Assembly: GCF_009914755.1 (NCBI RefSeq)
Contig: NC_060929.1
Length of the DNA stretch: 64,000 nt
Strand: one strand, 5' to 3'
Origin: the human T2T-CHM13v2.0 reference genome, Homo sapiens
Part shown: positions 12,951 through 27,890 of the stretch, piece after piece
How positions within the stretch are numbered: the stretch's first letter is position 1
Layout of the letters: each line of letters begins with the position of its first letter
Made by a program: the position numbers and the translations under genes
Notes under the pieces: generated by a model
What the model was told of the DNA's origin: nothing
Seen by the model: the letters and a program-made list of their open reading frames with translations, nothing else
The model's database searches: none

Positions 12951-14279
12951 TTTCTAATCTACTCTTAAATAGCAGGATTTGCAGAACTTTCCCTCTTAAG
13001 TAGCATACTAAATGTTATTAAGAAAATAAAATCTAAAGTGGTGTTTTTTTCCCCACTGTGAATTGAAAAGGGAAGAGTAAAGCATCTCCTTTCCCCAAAC
13101 AAGAGAGGAGTGGCCAGCAATTTGTTTTTAAAGGCCTGAGTTAGAACTTCTCTTTCCGCGTCTGGTTAGACAGGAGAAAAGTAAACTGGATTATCTCAGA
13201 GGAAGAAAGCACCAAAACTGGATTTTGGAGTTGAACAGATAAATGTGGCTTATCTCCACCAGGTAGCTTCCCAGTGGTGTGGTGACTGAGGGTGCACATT
13301 ACCCCTTGTGGAGCCAAGGGTGTAGGAGGAAGGACTCTTCCAGAAAGTGCATGGATGCTGTAGCTTTGAGAATCATGGTGAAAGCTTCCAGTGCTCATAA
13401 TTGCCATGAAGGAAATGGGCTGCTGGTCTTCTATGAACATCACAGGTTTAGAAGATGATAGAGCACAGACTAGAGTCCTTCTCCAAGTTATCAGGGCAGC
13501 ATTCATCCACCCCAGGGAGACCCTTCTCTCTTGCCTCCCCATGATAACTAATATCTGCTGTTTTTAATTCCATAGTGAGTGTGGGCATAACTCCAAATTT
13601 AATTTGATATAAGGAAATAAAGGAATGTGATGCTTTCTGTACCTGAATATATAGAAGGTATTTGCTTTCTAGAAGGTCAGGGCCAAGGTTATTGCTAAAA
13701 TTAGATTCACAACCAGAGTCATCCTCAAGATTCTCAAAATGTTACTCTGGCATGTTTGTGCCAGAGACATAAAGTTATTCAATGTTGTATTAAGTTTGTG
13801 GATATAACCCGATAAATTCCAGGAGGATGGGTGACCAGAAGAGCCTTAAATTTGTTACTCATGAACTATGTTAACATATCTTTCTTTCATATTCACTCAA
13901 TATTCTGTCTATCTATTCTACTTCTTGTTTCATTTGTTTTCTCTTTTATTATTAATTTATCTTCAGCCTGGCTGAAAATTCAAATATCTGAAGCCAGTAA
14001 GGTAATATAGATTAGTAAATGGGGCTGCATTGGAAAATGATGAATAGCAACTGGCTCTTGGCTTCAGTGTCAGGGATGAATATGAGATTGTGTGTGTGTG
14101 GAGGAAGGACAATATTGACTGCATATACCTTGCCTAAGGAAAGTAGTCACTATTCAGCTGTGGAAAGTGGATCCAGAGTTGATACATTTCAGATTTTTCA
14201 AGAGAAGTTGGAAATCCTTTTCTTTAAAAAATGAAATACTCTGTATTTAAAATATTGTCAATTCAAATAAAAACTGTAG

Positions 14280-14760
14280 AAACACTGTATTCCACCTACA
14301 GACTGGATAAATTCAAATGGTGTTGTGTGGGGAAATAGAAACTCTCATATATTGCTGGTGGGAATGTGAGTTGGGAATACCTCTATGGAGAGCATTTTGG
14401 CAATGCGTGTCAAAAATAAATGTATACATATTACATATTCTTCAACTCAGCAATTCTATGTCTCTACATTTACCCTATAAATAGGCTTGCACTTGCAAAA
14501 TCATATGTGCATAAGGATAGTCATTGCAACACATATCTAATGCTAAAATATTGTAAACGACCTAAATGTCCATGAAAAAGGAACTGGTTAAATAACCTAT
14601 GGTACTGATACATGTTGGTACATACTGACGTATGGTAATGATGATGGAATGTTATGTAGCCATTGGGATGAATGGAGATAGCGCTATATTTACTAACATA
14701 ACAAATATTAATAAGAAAAGCAAGATGTAGAATAAATAGTTTGTATTGTACACTACCATT
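14280..14760 (+). mobile_element. L1ME-like 3' fragment
   Basis: actctcatatattgctggtgggaatgt...cttcaactcagcaattct...ctggttaaataacctatggtac...atggaatgttatgtagccatt. Confidence 0.65.
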
Positions 14761-14764
14761 TCTC

Positions 14765-14942
14765 TTTTTATTTTTATATTCAGAGATGGGTTCTTGCTAT
14801 GTTGCCCAGGCTGGAGTATGATAGCTATTCACAGGCATGATCACAGTATGCAACAGCCTCAGCCTCAAACTTCTGGCCTCAAATGATCCTTTTTCCTCAG
14901 CCTAATAGCGGGGTCTACAGGCTAATGCCACTGTGTCCAGCT
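14765..14942 (-). mobile_element. FAM-like Alu monomer
   Basis: gctatgttgcccaggctggagt...gctattcacaggcatgatca. Confidence 0.75.
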
Positions 14943-15194
14943 TGTTGTCTACATTTTTTAAAGAGCAACTATGTATTTTACCTTAAATAACAAATATATA
15001 TTAATATATATTTTTATATACACACAAAGATGTGTGCATTTATATATTAATATACACATCTTTGTGTATATTTGTGCCAGGATTTAGCACAGTGTCTTCT
15101 AAGTAGTTACTCAATAAATGTTCTTAACTGAGTAGATGTACTTTTCCTCATGTTTTGCTACTCTCATTCCATTTTAATTAATTAATTGATTAAC

Positions 15195-15581
<387 letters not shown>

Positions 15582-15757
15582 TAAAATAAGAACCTGCATA
15601 TGTCATTTTGAGTCTAGGCAAAATTGTGACCCCTGCTTTGGCATCTGATAGACACAAATGAGTTCAATTTCTGGCTGTCACTTACAGGTGGTGTAAACCT
15701 TTCCCAACTTCTGAACCTCAGTTTTCCCTTTCGTAAGATAGAGAGAATGCCTACTTG

Positions 15758-16042
15758 GGCCGGGCGCGGTGGCTTACACTGTAATCCCGGCACTTAGGGA
15801 AGCCGAGGTGGGCAGATCACCTGAGGTCAGGAGTTCAAGACCAGACTGGCCAACATAGTGAAACCCTCTCTATGAAAAATACAAAAATTAGCTAGGTGTG
15901 GTGGCACGCACCTGTAATCCCAGCTACTCGGGAGGCTGAGGTAGGAGAATCACTTTAACCTGGGAGAAGGAGGTTGCAGTGAGCAGAGATGGTGACACTG
16001 CACTCCAGCCTGAGAGACAGAGCCAGACTCCATTTCAGAAAA
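15758..16042 (+). mobile_element. AluS inserted into a MIR
   Basis: 14-bp TSD agaatgcctacttg (15744-15757 / 16043-16056); flanks are MIR-like (ctgaacctcagttttcc). Confidence 0.95.
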
Positions 16043-16741
16043 AGAATGCCTACTTGGTAGAATTATTGTGAGACTTAAAAATACATACATACATATATGT
16101 GTATATATTTATATATGTATATATAAAGTCTCACAATAATTAAGTGCCTTAAAATATTAAGTGTCTTAAAAAACGTATCCAGTCCAGAGCTTATACATGC
16201 AAATGAGCAATGAGCAATAATAGTTAATTTATTCTCAAAGAGATCAATACAGTTAATTCACTCTCAGAGGCTTAAGCAGTCACCTATCAAAATTGTTTGG
16301 ATTCTTCCATCACAGTAGAGCATAAATAATTAATAATAGTACAAAGAGCATTTTTATTTTAGCAGAAGTTAAAGCATTAGGGTCAAAGGAATAAAGCTCA
16401 AATGAACAGAGTTTAAATATTAACTAAAAGAATTTGTTTGTTTTGGGGGGTGGAGCAGTTCAAGAGCGGCTTGGCCAGGGACTTGGAAACAGGAAGTAGC
16501 TCAGGAATTCCCTTAGTTGTAGCACTATGAGTCTGTTTAAGTTAAATATTGTTAATTAACGCCTTGCACCCCAAGGGAGAAAAGACAATATGGATTACAA
16601 GTGGATGTGTGTTAGCAAAACTACCTCTTGAGAATTTCCAAATTCTCTGAGGATTTCAGAATCTATCCTGAGGATAGAATCTTGAGAATTTCGTTATTTT
16701 GGGAAATCTCCCTTGCCGCCTCTGCTGACTACCAGCTGCTA

Positions 16742-17050
16742 TCATTTTATATTTATTTATTACTGACTGATTGACTGAGACAGGATCTCACTCTGTTGCC
16801 CAGGCTAGAGTGAGTGGTGCAAACACAGCAGCCTCTACCCCATGGGCTCAGGTGATCCTTCCATCTCAGCCTCCCGAGTAGCTGGGACCACAGGCTTATG
16901 CCACCACTCTTGGCTAATTTTTAAAATTGTTACAGAGATGGGGTCTTATCATGTTGTCCAGGCTGGTCTTAAACTCCTGAACTCAGGTGATCCTCTCCCC
17001 TTGGCCTCCCAAAGTGCTGGAATTATAAGTGTGAGCCACTGCACCCATCC
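16742..17050 (-). mobile_element. AluJ
   Basis: Antisense dimeric Alu with J-type features. Confidence 0.9.
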
Positions 17051-17054
17051 TGCT

Positions 17055-17358
17055 ATCTTATTTATTTATTTATTTTGAGACAGAGTCTTCCTTTGTTACC
17101 CAGGCTGCAGGGCAGTGGCGCAATCTCGGCTCTCTGAAACCTCCTCCTCCCGGGTTCAAGCGATTCTTGTGCCACAGCCTCCCAAGTAGCTGTGATTACA
17201 AGTGCCTGCCACCATACTTGACTAATTTTTGTATTTTTATTAGAGATGGGATTTCACCATCTTGGCCAGGTTGTTTTCGTACTCCTGACCTCAAGCGATC
17301 TGCCTTCTGTGGCCACCCAAAGTGTTGGGATTACAGGTGTGAGCCACAGTGCCCAGCC
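17055..17358 (-). mobile_element. AluS, in tandem with the preceding AluJ
   Basis: Antisense dimeric Alu with a (TTTA)n tail. Confidence 0.92.
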
Positions 17359-17883
17359 CCATCCTATCTTTTAAATTATAGGCAAAATACATTTAAAGTG
17401 CATATCAAATGCAGCCCTGAGAGGGACAGAATATTCCAGAAGAGCCAGAGATGGCCTAAACTAACTGAAGGAGATACTACTCAGTATACATTGCATTGGT
17501 GAAAAGAGCTGAAGAGATGGAAGAATTTGTCACTGTGTATAATAAAAGACTTATTTTAGCGTAAACTGGTAGCCATAGGCTACAGAGCTAAAACTGTTCT
17601 AACAAGTTGCATTTTGTTGACCTTTCAAAATAAAATGCCCAGAGTACCCATCTTAATTCACTGTATCATACAAATGATTCTTGATTCATATATTGCAGTG
17701 TTGGAACAGGTTACTTTTAACAAAGCCTCCCAAGTCTGTGATTTGTAGAGTGCATAATTTTCTTCTAAGGTGATTAGAGCACTTTTTAGACATTGCCTAA
17801 GATAAGTCTTTGTACCAGTTTAAAAAGTCAGCAGTACTATAATTATAGTTTTCCAGGTGTGAAATATGAAGATTAAGCTATTG

Positions 17884-18236
17884 GGCCTGGGTCAGTGGCC
17901 CACACCTGTAATCCCAGCACGTTGGGAGGCTGACGGGGGCAGATCACTTGAGTGCAGGAGTTTGAGACCAGCCTGGCCAACATGGTGAAAACCTGTCTCC
18001 ACTAAAAATACAAAAATTAGCTGGGCATGGTGGCACATGCCTGTAGTCCCAGCTACTTGGGACTTGAGAGGCTGAGACAGGAAAATTGCTTCACCCAGGA
18101 GGTGGAGGTTGAAGTGAGCCAAGATCCTGCCACTGCACTCCAGCCTGGGTGACAGAGCGAGACTCTGTCTCAAAAAAAAAAAAAAAAAAAAACAAAAAAA
18201 AAACCAAAATGAAACAAAAAACAAAAACAAAAAAAC
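17884..18236 (+). mobile_element. Alu with a long A-rich tail
   Basis: TSD-like tta(a/g)gctattg on both flanks. Confidence 0.93.
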
Positions 18237-19224
18237 AGTTTAGGCTATTGAAGCCTGAGTATGGATTATTTTAGCTTCCAGATTGCAATAAGCATCGTGT
18301 AAAGATGAAGATCTCCAAATACAGAGAATGCAAGCAGTGTGCCTGACTTTGCTTAGAAAGTGCTGACAGGAGCGAGGAGTTTCACTAGCATTTCCTGTCT
18401 CAGAAACAAGTTCTCCATTTGATATTCAATGACAGTAAAACAGGGATCAGAAACTGTTACTGTTTGTTCAAAAGCAGAAGCTAGAATCATTTCAAAGAAA
18501 GACAGTGCAAAATTAAAACTGAAACTCCACTTCTACCTCTCTGTAGAAGCAGTGGAGTGTATCTCCTAGGGGCTTCTACTCCCTTGCTGCCAGTGAAATT
18601 TATTAACCACAGAAGTGTCTTTCACTTATGTCCTAAATGAAGGTAGATCTTACTGTTTTTGATACTAACCAAGTCATCTTCTGGGTACCAAAAATAGTTT
18701 TTGTGGCTTTATGAAAAGTCTGGCCTTTCCACAGCATGTGTATCCATTGACCTCACTTCTGAGAGCTTTAGACTAATTTGGTAATTAGACTAATTTGCAC
18801 CATTAATTAAAATGCTCTATGAAATAACCCAAATCCCAATGCAAAGAAGAGAACAGCATGGTATACAGATGTTTGTTTTTTTAAATTTAAAAACATTTTA
18901 TAATCTTCTTGCATTCCAGAATCAGATTTTAAAAAATTAACCATCCCTAAAAAAACTCACAAAAACCACTTTTATCAGGAGGTTCTATTCATTCTTCATG
19001 ACTGTGGTGGACCATCCATTATTTTAATACACTATCAAATTTCAAAGTTGGTGACAAAACAAGAAATAAAAATGGAGGGAATTCTTATGGCTTCATGGGT
19101 ATTTAGTTAGGGAGTGTAATGTGGGGAAGCTGTCACACAGGAGGCAAAAAACTGCAAAGAGACTAAATATGTAAGGTATTTTTATAGCTTCCTCAGCCAT
19201 TTTCTTTACCTAAAATGCCCTTTT

Positions 19225-19520
19225 CTTATTTCTTTTTTTAGACAGAGTCTCACTCTGTCACCCAGGCTAGAGTGCAGTGGCACGATCTTGGCTCATTGCA
19301 ACCTCTGCCACCGGGGTTCAAGATTCTTGTGCCTCAGTCTTCCGAGTAGCTGGGACCACAGGTGCACGCCACCATGCATGACTAATTTTTTTGTATTGTT
19401 AGTAGCGATAGGATTTTGCCATGTTGACCAGGCTAGTCTCGAACTCCTGACCTCAGGTGATCTGCCTGCTTCAACCTCCCAAAGTGCTGGGATTACAGGC
19501 ATGAGCCACTGCACCTGGTC
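19225..19520 (-). mobile_element. AluS
   Basis: Antisense Alu; ccttttcttatttc on both flanks (TSD). Confidence 0.93.
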
Positions 19521-20174
19521 CTCCTTTTCTTATTTCTAAGTGATATTCTCATTCATCAAGGCTCAATTCAAAAATTACTTCCTGTCAGAAATTCTTCTGT
19601 CTCTATCCTCAAACCTCACATTTGCTGCTTTCTTACTTTTGTTTCTGTAGTCATTTCTTAGCAGATCATATGATTGATTTTTAGTTTTGTAGTTTTATCC
19701 TCTAATAGACTCTAAATTCCTTGAGAATATGAATCATTCATCCTTGCAATTCTTACAATATACATATTGTCTAGTATACAGTAGATAATTAAAGTTTGTT
19801 ACAGGGTACCAATTTGGAATAAGGAGTTAGTAGCTGAAAATGACCTAAAATGCTCTCTACTTTCAAGTTATAAACCCACACATTCTTCTGTTTCTCTGTA
19901 TATGTCTGTCACTGCTTAGCTGATACATGATCTAACACCCTATCTATTAAGCCGTCTTCAAATGTCAGACTCCCATTTCTAACAATACTACACAATTGTA
20001 TGTTATTTTAAACCTTTCAAACGTCTTTTACATAAATCACTTTATTTAGTTCTTACAGTAATTCTATAAAGTTTCTGGATGAGAAAACAGAAACAACAAG
20101 CATCAATGACTTTGGACTAAAGCTCAGGTCTTTTGAACCCTTGCTATAATTCCCTTTGGTCCAGAGCTTACAGT

Positions 20175-20610
20175 TTTTAAACTTTTTACTTTCAAATATT
20201 TTCAAACTTATAGAAAAGATGCAAGAATAGTGCAGAGATCACCCATATACTTCACACAGATTCACTAATGTTAACATTTTACCACATTTGATTTCTCTCT
20301 CCCACCCTGCCCCCATATATACAGGACCATTTGAAAGTGACTTGCAGATGTCATGCTCCTTTACTCCTAAATACGTCAGTGTGTATTTCTTAAGAACAAG
20401 CATATTCATCTATGTACTGTAGTAAAATGATCAAACCTAGGAAATTTGACATTGATATAATATTTGAATCAATACACCTAATACAAGTTTGCAAATTTTT
20501 CTAATCATGTCTTTTATGAATTATGACTTTTTTCTGGTTCAGAATTGAACAGGATCACACATAGCATTTACTTCTTAGATCTTTTTAGTCTTCTTTAATG
20601 TGGAAGTGTC
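20175..20610 (-). mobile_element. L1MC-like 3' UTR fragment
   Basis: ttcaaacttatagaaaagatgcaagaatagt...gttaacattttaccacatttg...ctttactcctaaatacgtcagtgtgtatttcttaagaacaag. Confidence 0.65.
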
Positions 20611-20635
20611 CATTATTCAACCTACACTTGCGTTT

Positions 20636-21335
<700 letters not shown>

Positions 21336-21561
21336 TACAATTATACCTACTGTTAATAGAGTTAGTGGGTCCACAGTTAGTGGGTCAGGTAGGTGACAGA
21401 TTAGAAGTGAGCATTACAAATAGAGGAATGCATCTTTCTTAGGTACTGACCTAAGTAGACCTTCTTTCTTAACCCCCAAACAAAGACACAGTACTGGTCA
21501 CATTAATGCCAGTGTAGGCTCTGATAATGACATTGACACTTCTCTCCAGTCCATGTTTCTT

Positions 21562-21980
<419 letters not shown>

Positions 21981-23849
21981 TGAAAAGGGCTTAGTGAAAG
22001 TGATTGCTCTGCTTAAACTGCATACATCTCTTCTTCCTGTTTCTCATCATACTGCCCTTTAATGCTACTTTTTCTTTCCACTAATGATTTTCCCTTTGTC
22101 CTTGCCCATTTCTCTCTGTCAGACAACTCATTTCCCTTTTGTCCTCTCTGATAGTAGAAAATTTGACTCTGTGTATGTATGTTTCCTAGAAGAAAGCAGA
22201 ACCATGAGTAAACACCCAGTGAATAATTTGGGATGCTGATGAAATCAAGGAAGACTGGAAAAGCAACTTGTTGGGTGTGCTGTGGAGAGATTTCCTATAG
22301 TGGGCAGAAGGTTAGATAAAAGATTCTCTGAGGTGTCTTCTATCTCTGGGAATTTATGCTAGAAATGTCAACTTAATTAAATTGCAGTGCCTGTCAACAA
22401 TCCAAGGGCAAAAGTTTGCTCCAGATCTATAATCTAGCCTCATCATCTTAGGGGGAATGTGACCAAATATAGTATAACACTATCAGTATGAAAAGAATGA
22501 AATCCACACAGCCTGCATAATTATAGGTGCAGAGAAGAAGAAATTGATGACACAATATTAAGGTTTATTTTTGCCACCTAAAAACATGTCAACATCCTAT
22601 TATCTTATTATCTCAGATTTTTATTCAATTCTATGACAGCTAAAAGTAACCATTATATCTGTCAATTAAAAGAAGAGAAACTGCTTATTGAAATTTTATA
22701 ATTTGATCTATGACATGGAGTTGAACTGGAAGCACCTGCCAGTCTTCCTGATGTTCCAGATAGTATTTTGCTGCAAATTAATTAATCTAACTACATCTTG
22801 ATTTTCTCACACTGCATTAGAAAGTATGTGCTCTTGGTCATAAACCGTGATGAAACTATAAGAACCATGTAATGAAACCTTATGGTTTGAGTTGTCTGGC
22901 TTGTCATAGAGATGAATATAGTGTAATTAAGCCACACTCTCTCCTTGCAGTAATGAAGGCACTGTTTGGGGGACTATGCCAGGGATAGGAGAATAAGTTG
23001 TCTATGGCACTCGAACGGTCTACACTATCCAAGTAAGGTAACCAGCTAAGGCACTTTCAAAGTAAAACCAAACAGAAAGTCACGGCAGATAATGCCACTT
23101 TCATCACTGGTAATTACTGGCCTTAGAGTTGTAATGAATGGCTGCTACAGAATAAAAGGTAGGTGGCAATTTATGCAACAGATCATTGTTCATCATCAGC
23201 AGTATGGGTGGCACTAAGCAACAGGCAGAATTATTTTTAAACCCGCGAGGTAAAGTAGATTAAAGGTATTATTAATAGGCTAGGCCTAAAGGAACAGTGT
23301 CTTAATTATGGACTCTTTTTCCTATCCTTTCTTAAAGATATTATATTTCTACAACTGATGAAGGACTAGATTAGGCTTAGGCTAGCAGTAGAGGGAACAC
23401 TCATTGCTGCATTAAGATCAAAGAACCTTCCGAAATTTTGGTTGCTCCAAGTACCAGAATCAGCTGTCATTCTGTTGGAAGCAATAGGGAAAGGGTAGCT
23501 CACAACATTTTTTTAAAAAAGTATTTCTCAATCAGTCCACCATTTACTGGACTAGGCTACAGTGAACTGCATAATTTTATGGAATCTCGTTTTTCAGGGT
23601 ATCTTGTTAACCAATGGGCTGACATTCTCTTTGCAGGAGCTCCACCAAGTGGTCATCCAGCTTGTGGGCGAAAGTCAGAAAAACAAATTAGGAATCCTAA
23701 GAAAGACTGACTGATAGCCGAGTAGAGCAGTCTGAAGGTAGATAAACGTGAACCCTCCATCCATAGGGAGATTCAGATACAGGCTTCATGTTTAGACAAG
23801 ACATCTGCTTTTCCTCACCATTTGTTTTTGGTAACTTTCTGGTCCTTAT

Positions 23850-25520
23850 ATGAACTATGCCTGCCCTTTGACCTCATGACCCCATATGCTTTGAGCCCTC
23901 CATTTTCTCCTAATCAATTAGTCTCCTTCTGTCTTCCCATTTTCCCTGTTCAGCTCCACACACTGGTGTCCACTACTTAAATTATGCTTTCAATATTACT
24001 TTCAACTCTTAATCCAGCCATCCTGTTTCTCTGACTCTGGAACTGAGCAGCTGAGAGTTCTTGGAGAAAAATCACACAGCCATACCAATTGATGTCACTG
24101 TATGTTGTTGCTTTCTGACCAAGGCTGAGTCCTCAGTTATGGTGAAGGTGCTTCTGATCAACTGACAGTGGGTATTCCAAACATTTATTTCCCTTACTGT
24201 CAAAACCACCAACTCTTCTTACACTCAGCAAATGATGATTCTGTCCTTTTCATTGTGAAAAGGCAAGGGCAGAAAGTGAAAACGGCACCTTCCTCTCCCT
24301 CTTACTTATTCGCTTATTTATTGGCATTTGTACTTCTCCTTCCTGTTGGAAAAGGTGCCCATCTAACTCGAGGCTCATTTCTCAACCTGTAGATTGGATT
24401 CCATCCTCTTCTGTGTACTCAATGACTTTATTATATCAATCATCGCCCTCTTTCCTGTTTTACTTCAGAAAATAAACAGAACAGTGGTTTGTCTTATTGA
24501 AAATGAAAGCAAAAGTAAAATTACCTTGGCAGTTTTGGGTCTCTAATTATAAGCCAAAGAAACAAATTGAGAACAACTTATGGAAAAAATGATATTCATT
24601 GGAAATATACTGGTATAATGCAGAACAGAAGAAAATACTAAACAGTCAAGCTTCCTGAGGGCAGAAAGTACAGGACCACTGAAATGAAACCGTGGACATG
24701 CATAATCATGTATGTTTACTAAGGTTCAACTACCTTTCCTCCTTGTGTCACCACTTAAGATTTAGCTCCTAGGAAGGAAACATTTGATTGGCCAAGCCCA
24801 CCAGAAACATGTGCAGAGGAGATGCTCCTGATACCTGCACCATTGAATTCCATAAGGCACAGTTCAGGGAACTTTGCTTTGTCCTTATTTTGTTTGATTT
24901 ATCGGTAGCAGTTCTCCTTCTGGAGTCCTTCTCCTTTGTTTTCTGTGGCATTATTCTTTCCTTAAAAAGAAAAAAGATAATTCTTTTTAGTCTCCATTGT
25001 AGGTTCCCTTTTTTTCTGCTTAAACAGTAAGTGTTATCTTCCTCATGGGTTCAACTTCGATCACTGTTATATTACAAACTTCCTCCTGCCAAATCTTCGT
25101 TTTGAGTTTGCGATGGAACCTACGATTGAATTTCCAATAAAATTCAGTATATCTAAAAGTGAACTTATGTATTTCAAACCTGCGCTTTACTTGAATGCCA
25201 CATTTTCATAAATGGCATATCTCTTATCCAGTCACCCAATCCACTTCCCTGGGAGTCTTCCTAGGTCACTCTCACTTATACTCAATCAATCCCTAATCCC
25301 TGTGGCTTTTAATTCCTTGGTATCTCTTGTTCTCCTCTTTCCTAAACTCATAACCACTTTTTAAATTAAGGTCTTAATGACTTCTCACCTAAATTGCTAC
25401 ATTAGCCTCCTCAAAAGGTTTCCTTACACATCATACTCCGTTTCTTACAGAGTGATCCTTCTAAAATGCTAATCTGCTCTGCAAACTCAGATTCAGTCCT
25501 TTATCTTTCAGGATAAACTT
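23850..25520. mobile_element. Degenerate L2 fragments, with a possible old MLT1 piece near 24520-24800
   Basis: L2-like motifs (gagcagctgagagttcttggagaaaaatcaca; cagagtgatccttctaaaatgctaatctg). Boundaries uncertain. Confidence 0.45.
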
Positions 25521-25756
25521 CAAGGCTTAACCCACACATTCTGTCTTTGGCCACTTTCCAAGCTTCAGGGATGGCTACTTCCTTACTGCTATATTGTAAA
25601 ACAAGCAGGTTTCCAGTTGGAGGGACTAGAATTGTTTTTTAACCTTGACTGAATGTAAGAATTTCTGGGGACATATTAAACATGCAGATTCTTGGCCTGA
25701 CCCTAAACATATTAAATTGGAATCTCCAGGAGTGGGGCTTATGTCTCTACTGATTT

Positions 25757-26109
<353 letters not shown>

Positions 26110-26756
26110 TAGGCAGTCCTTTTACTTATGCTGTTTGTTCTGCAATTCCCAATCCCCTTGTCCTTCAATAGTTTAGTTAGTGTCACTTTACAGGTGACTC
26201 TCATTCTTACTTAGAGGCCTCTTCTCTGTGTTCCTGTACCGCGTAGGACTATCTCTGTCTTAGTACCCATCACATAATATTTGACTAACTTACCTATCTT
26301 ATAACTGCTCTAAAAACTTATCTTTGTTTTCCCAGTACATAAAAGACAAACAGTAGGCATTTGGCAAAAATTACTTTGATATGTAAAAACAAATAAAAAG
26401 CTCACTACACTTTTTGCTGTTATGGATTCTTTCTGTTGCTTTATCTCTAAGGAGTTACTCATAAGATGAATATTGTTCAATTACTTAAAAACACCATTAT
26501 TACTATGATTCCTTTAAAATCATATTATAGAATAATATTTTTTGATATGTGAAAATATTATAATGTACTACTAAGGGAAAAATAGGCTAAAATTTATATA
26601 ATATGACTTTTTTGGTAAAAATTTTAAAACAAATTAAGTTAAAAATGCATATATAAAAACATATTGAGAAGACATACATTGTAATTTTATTACTCTTTGA
26701 TTATGAAATAATGGGTGATTTTGTATCTACTTTCTATCAGAAGTATGTACATCTAA

Positions 26757-27890
26757 AACTTTTTTTATTTGTATAAATTTAAGGGCACAAGTGCAGTTTT
26801 GTTACATGGATATTTTGGATAATGGTGAAGTCTGGGGCTTTTAGTGTGACCATCTTCTGAATAATGTACATCGCACCTATTAAGCCACTTTTCATCCCTC
26901 ACTCCCCTCCCACCTTCCCATCCTTCTGAGTCTCCAGTGTCTCTTACTCCACACTCTATGTCCATGTGTACATGTTACATTGCTACCATTTGTAAGTGAG
27001 AACATGTAGTATTTGACTTTCTGTTTCTGAGTTATTTCACTTAATATAATGGCCTCCAGTTCTATCCATGCTACTGAAAAAGATGATTTCATTCTTTTTT
27101 ATGGTTGACTAGTCATTCATTGTATGTACATATACCACAGTTTCTCTACTCATCCATTGACAGATACTTAGGTTGATTCTAAGTCTTTGTTACTGTGAAC
27201 CATGCTGCAATAAACATGAGTACAGATATCTTTTCAAGATAAAGATTTCTTTTCCTTTGGGTAGATACCCGGTAGTGGGATTGCTGGATCAAATGGTAAT
27301 TCAACTTTTAGTTCTTTGAGAAATTTCCATGCTATTTTCCAGAGAGGTTGTACTTATTTACACTCTCATCAACAGTGTATAAGCATTCCCTTTTCTCCAC
27401 ACCTCACCCACATCTGTTGTTTTTTGACTTTTTATAATAGCCATCCTGGCTTGTGTAAGATGATATCTCATTGTAGTTTTAATTTGCATTTTTTTGATGA
27501 TAAGTAATATTAAGCATTTTAACAATAAGCTTGTTGGCCATGTGTATATCTTTTGAGAAATGTCTGTTCATGTCCTTTGCCCACTTTTTAATGGGGTTGT
27601 TTTGTTATTGTTGTTGTTGAGCTGTTTGAGCTCCTTGTAAATTCTGGATATTAGCCCTCTTTCAGACATATAGTTTGCAAATATTTTCTCCTATCCTACA
27701 GGTTGTCTGTTCACTCTATTGATTGTTTCTTTTGCTGTGCAGAAGCCTTTGAGTTTAATTAAGTCCCATTTGTTTATTTTTGTTTTTGTTGCTTGCACTT
27801 TTGAGGTCTTAATCATGAATTCTTTGAGTAGACCAATGTCCAGAAGAGTTTTCCTTAGGTTTTCTTCCAGGATTTTTATAGTTCCAGGTG
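26757..27890 (-). mobile_element. 5'-truncated L1MA (MA2/3-like), about 1.1 kb
   Basis: ORF2 C-terminal remnant WIELEAIILSEITQKQKVKYYMFSL on the minus strand, plus an L1MA-type 3' UTR and T-run. Confidence 0.88.

Noticed and set aside
13141-13542. 133-aa minus-strand ORF in non-repeat sequence
   Set aside because: No recognisable domain, exon context or retrogene hallmarks (poly(A), TSD).
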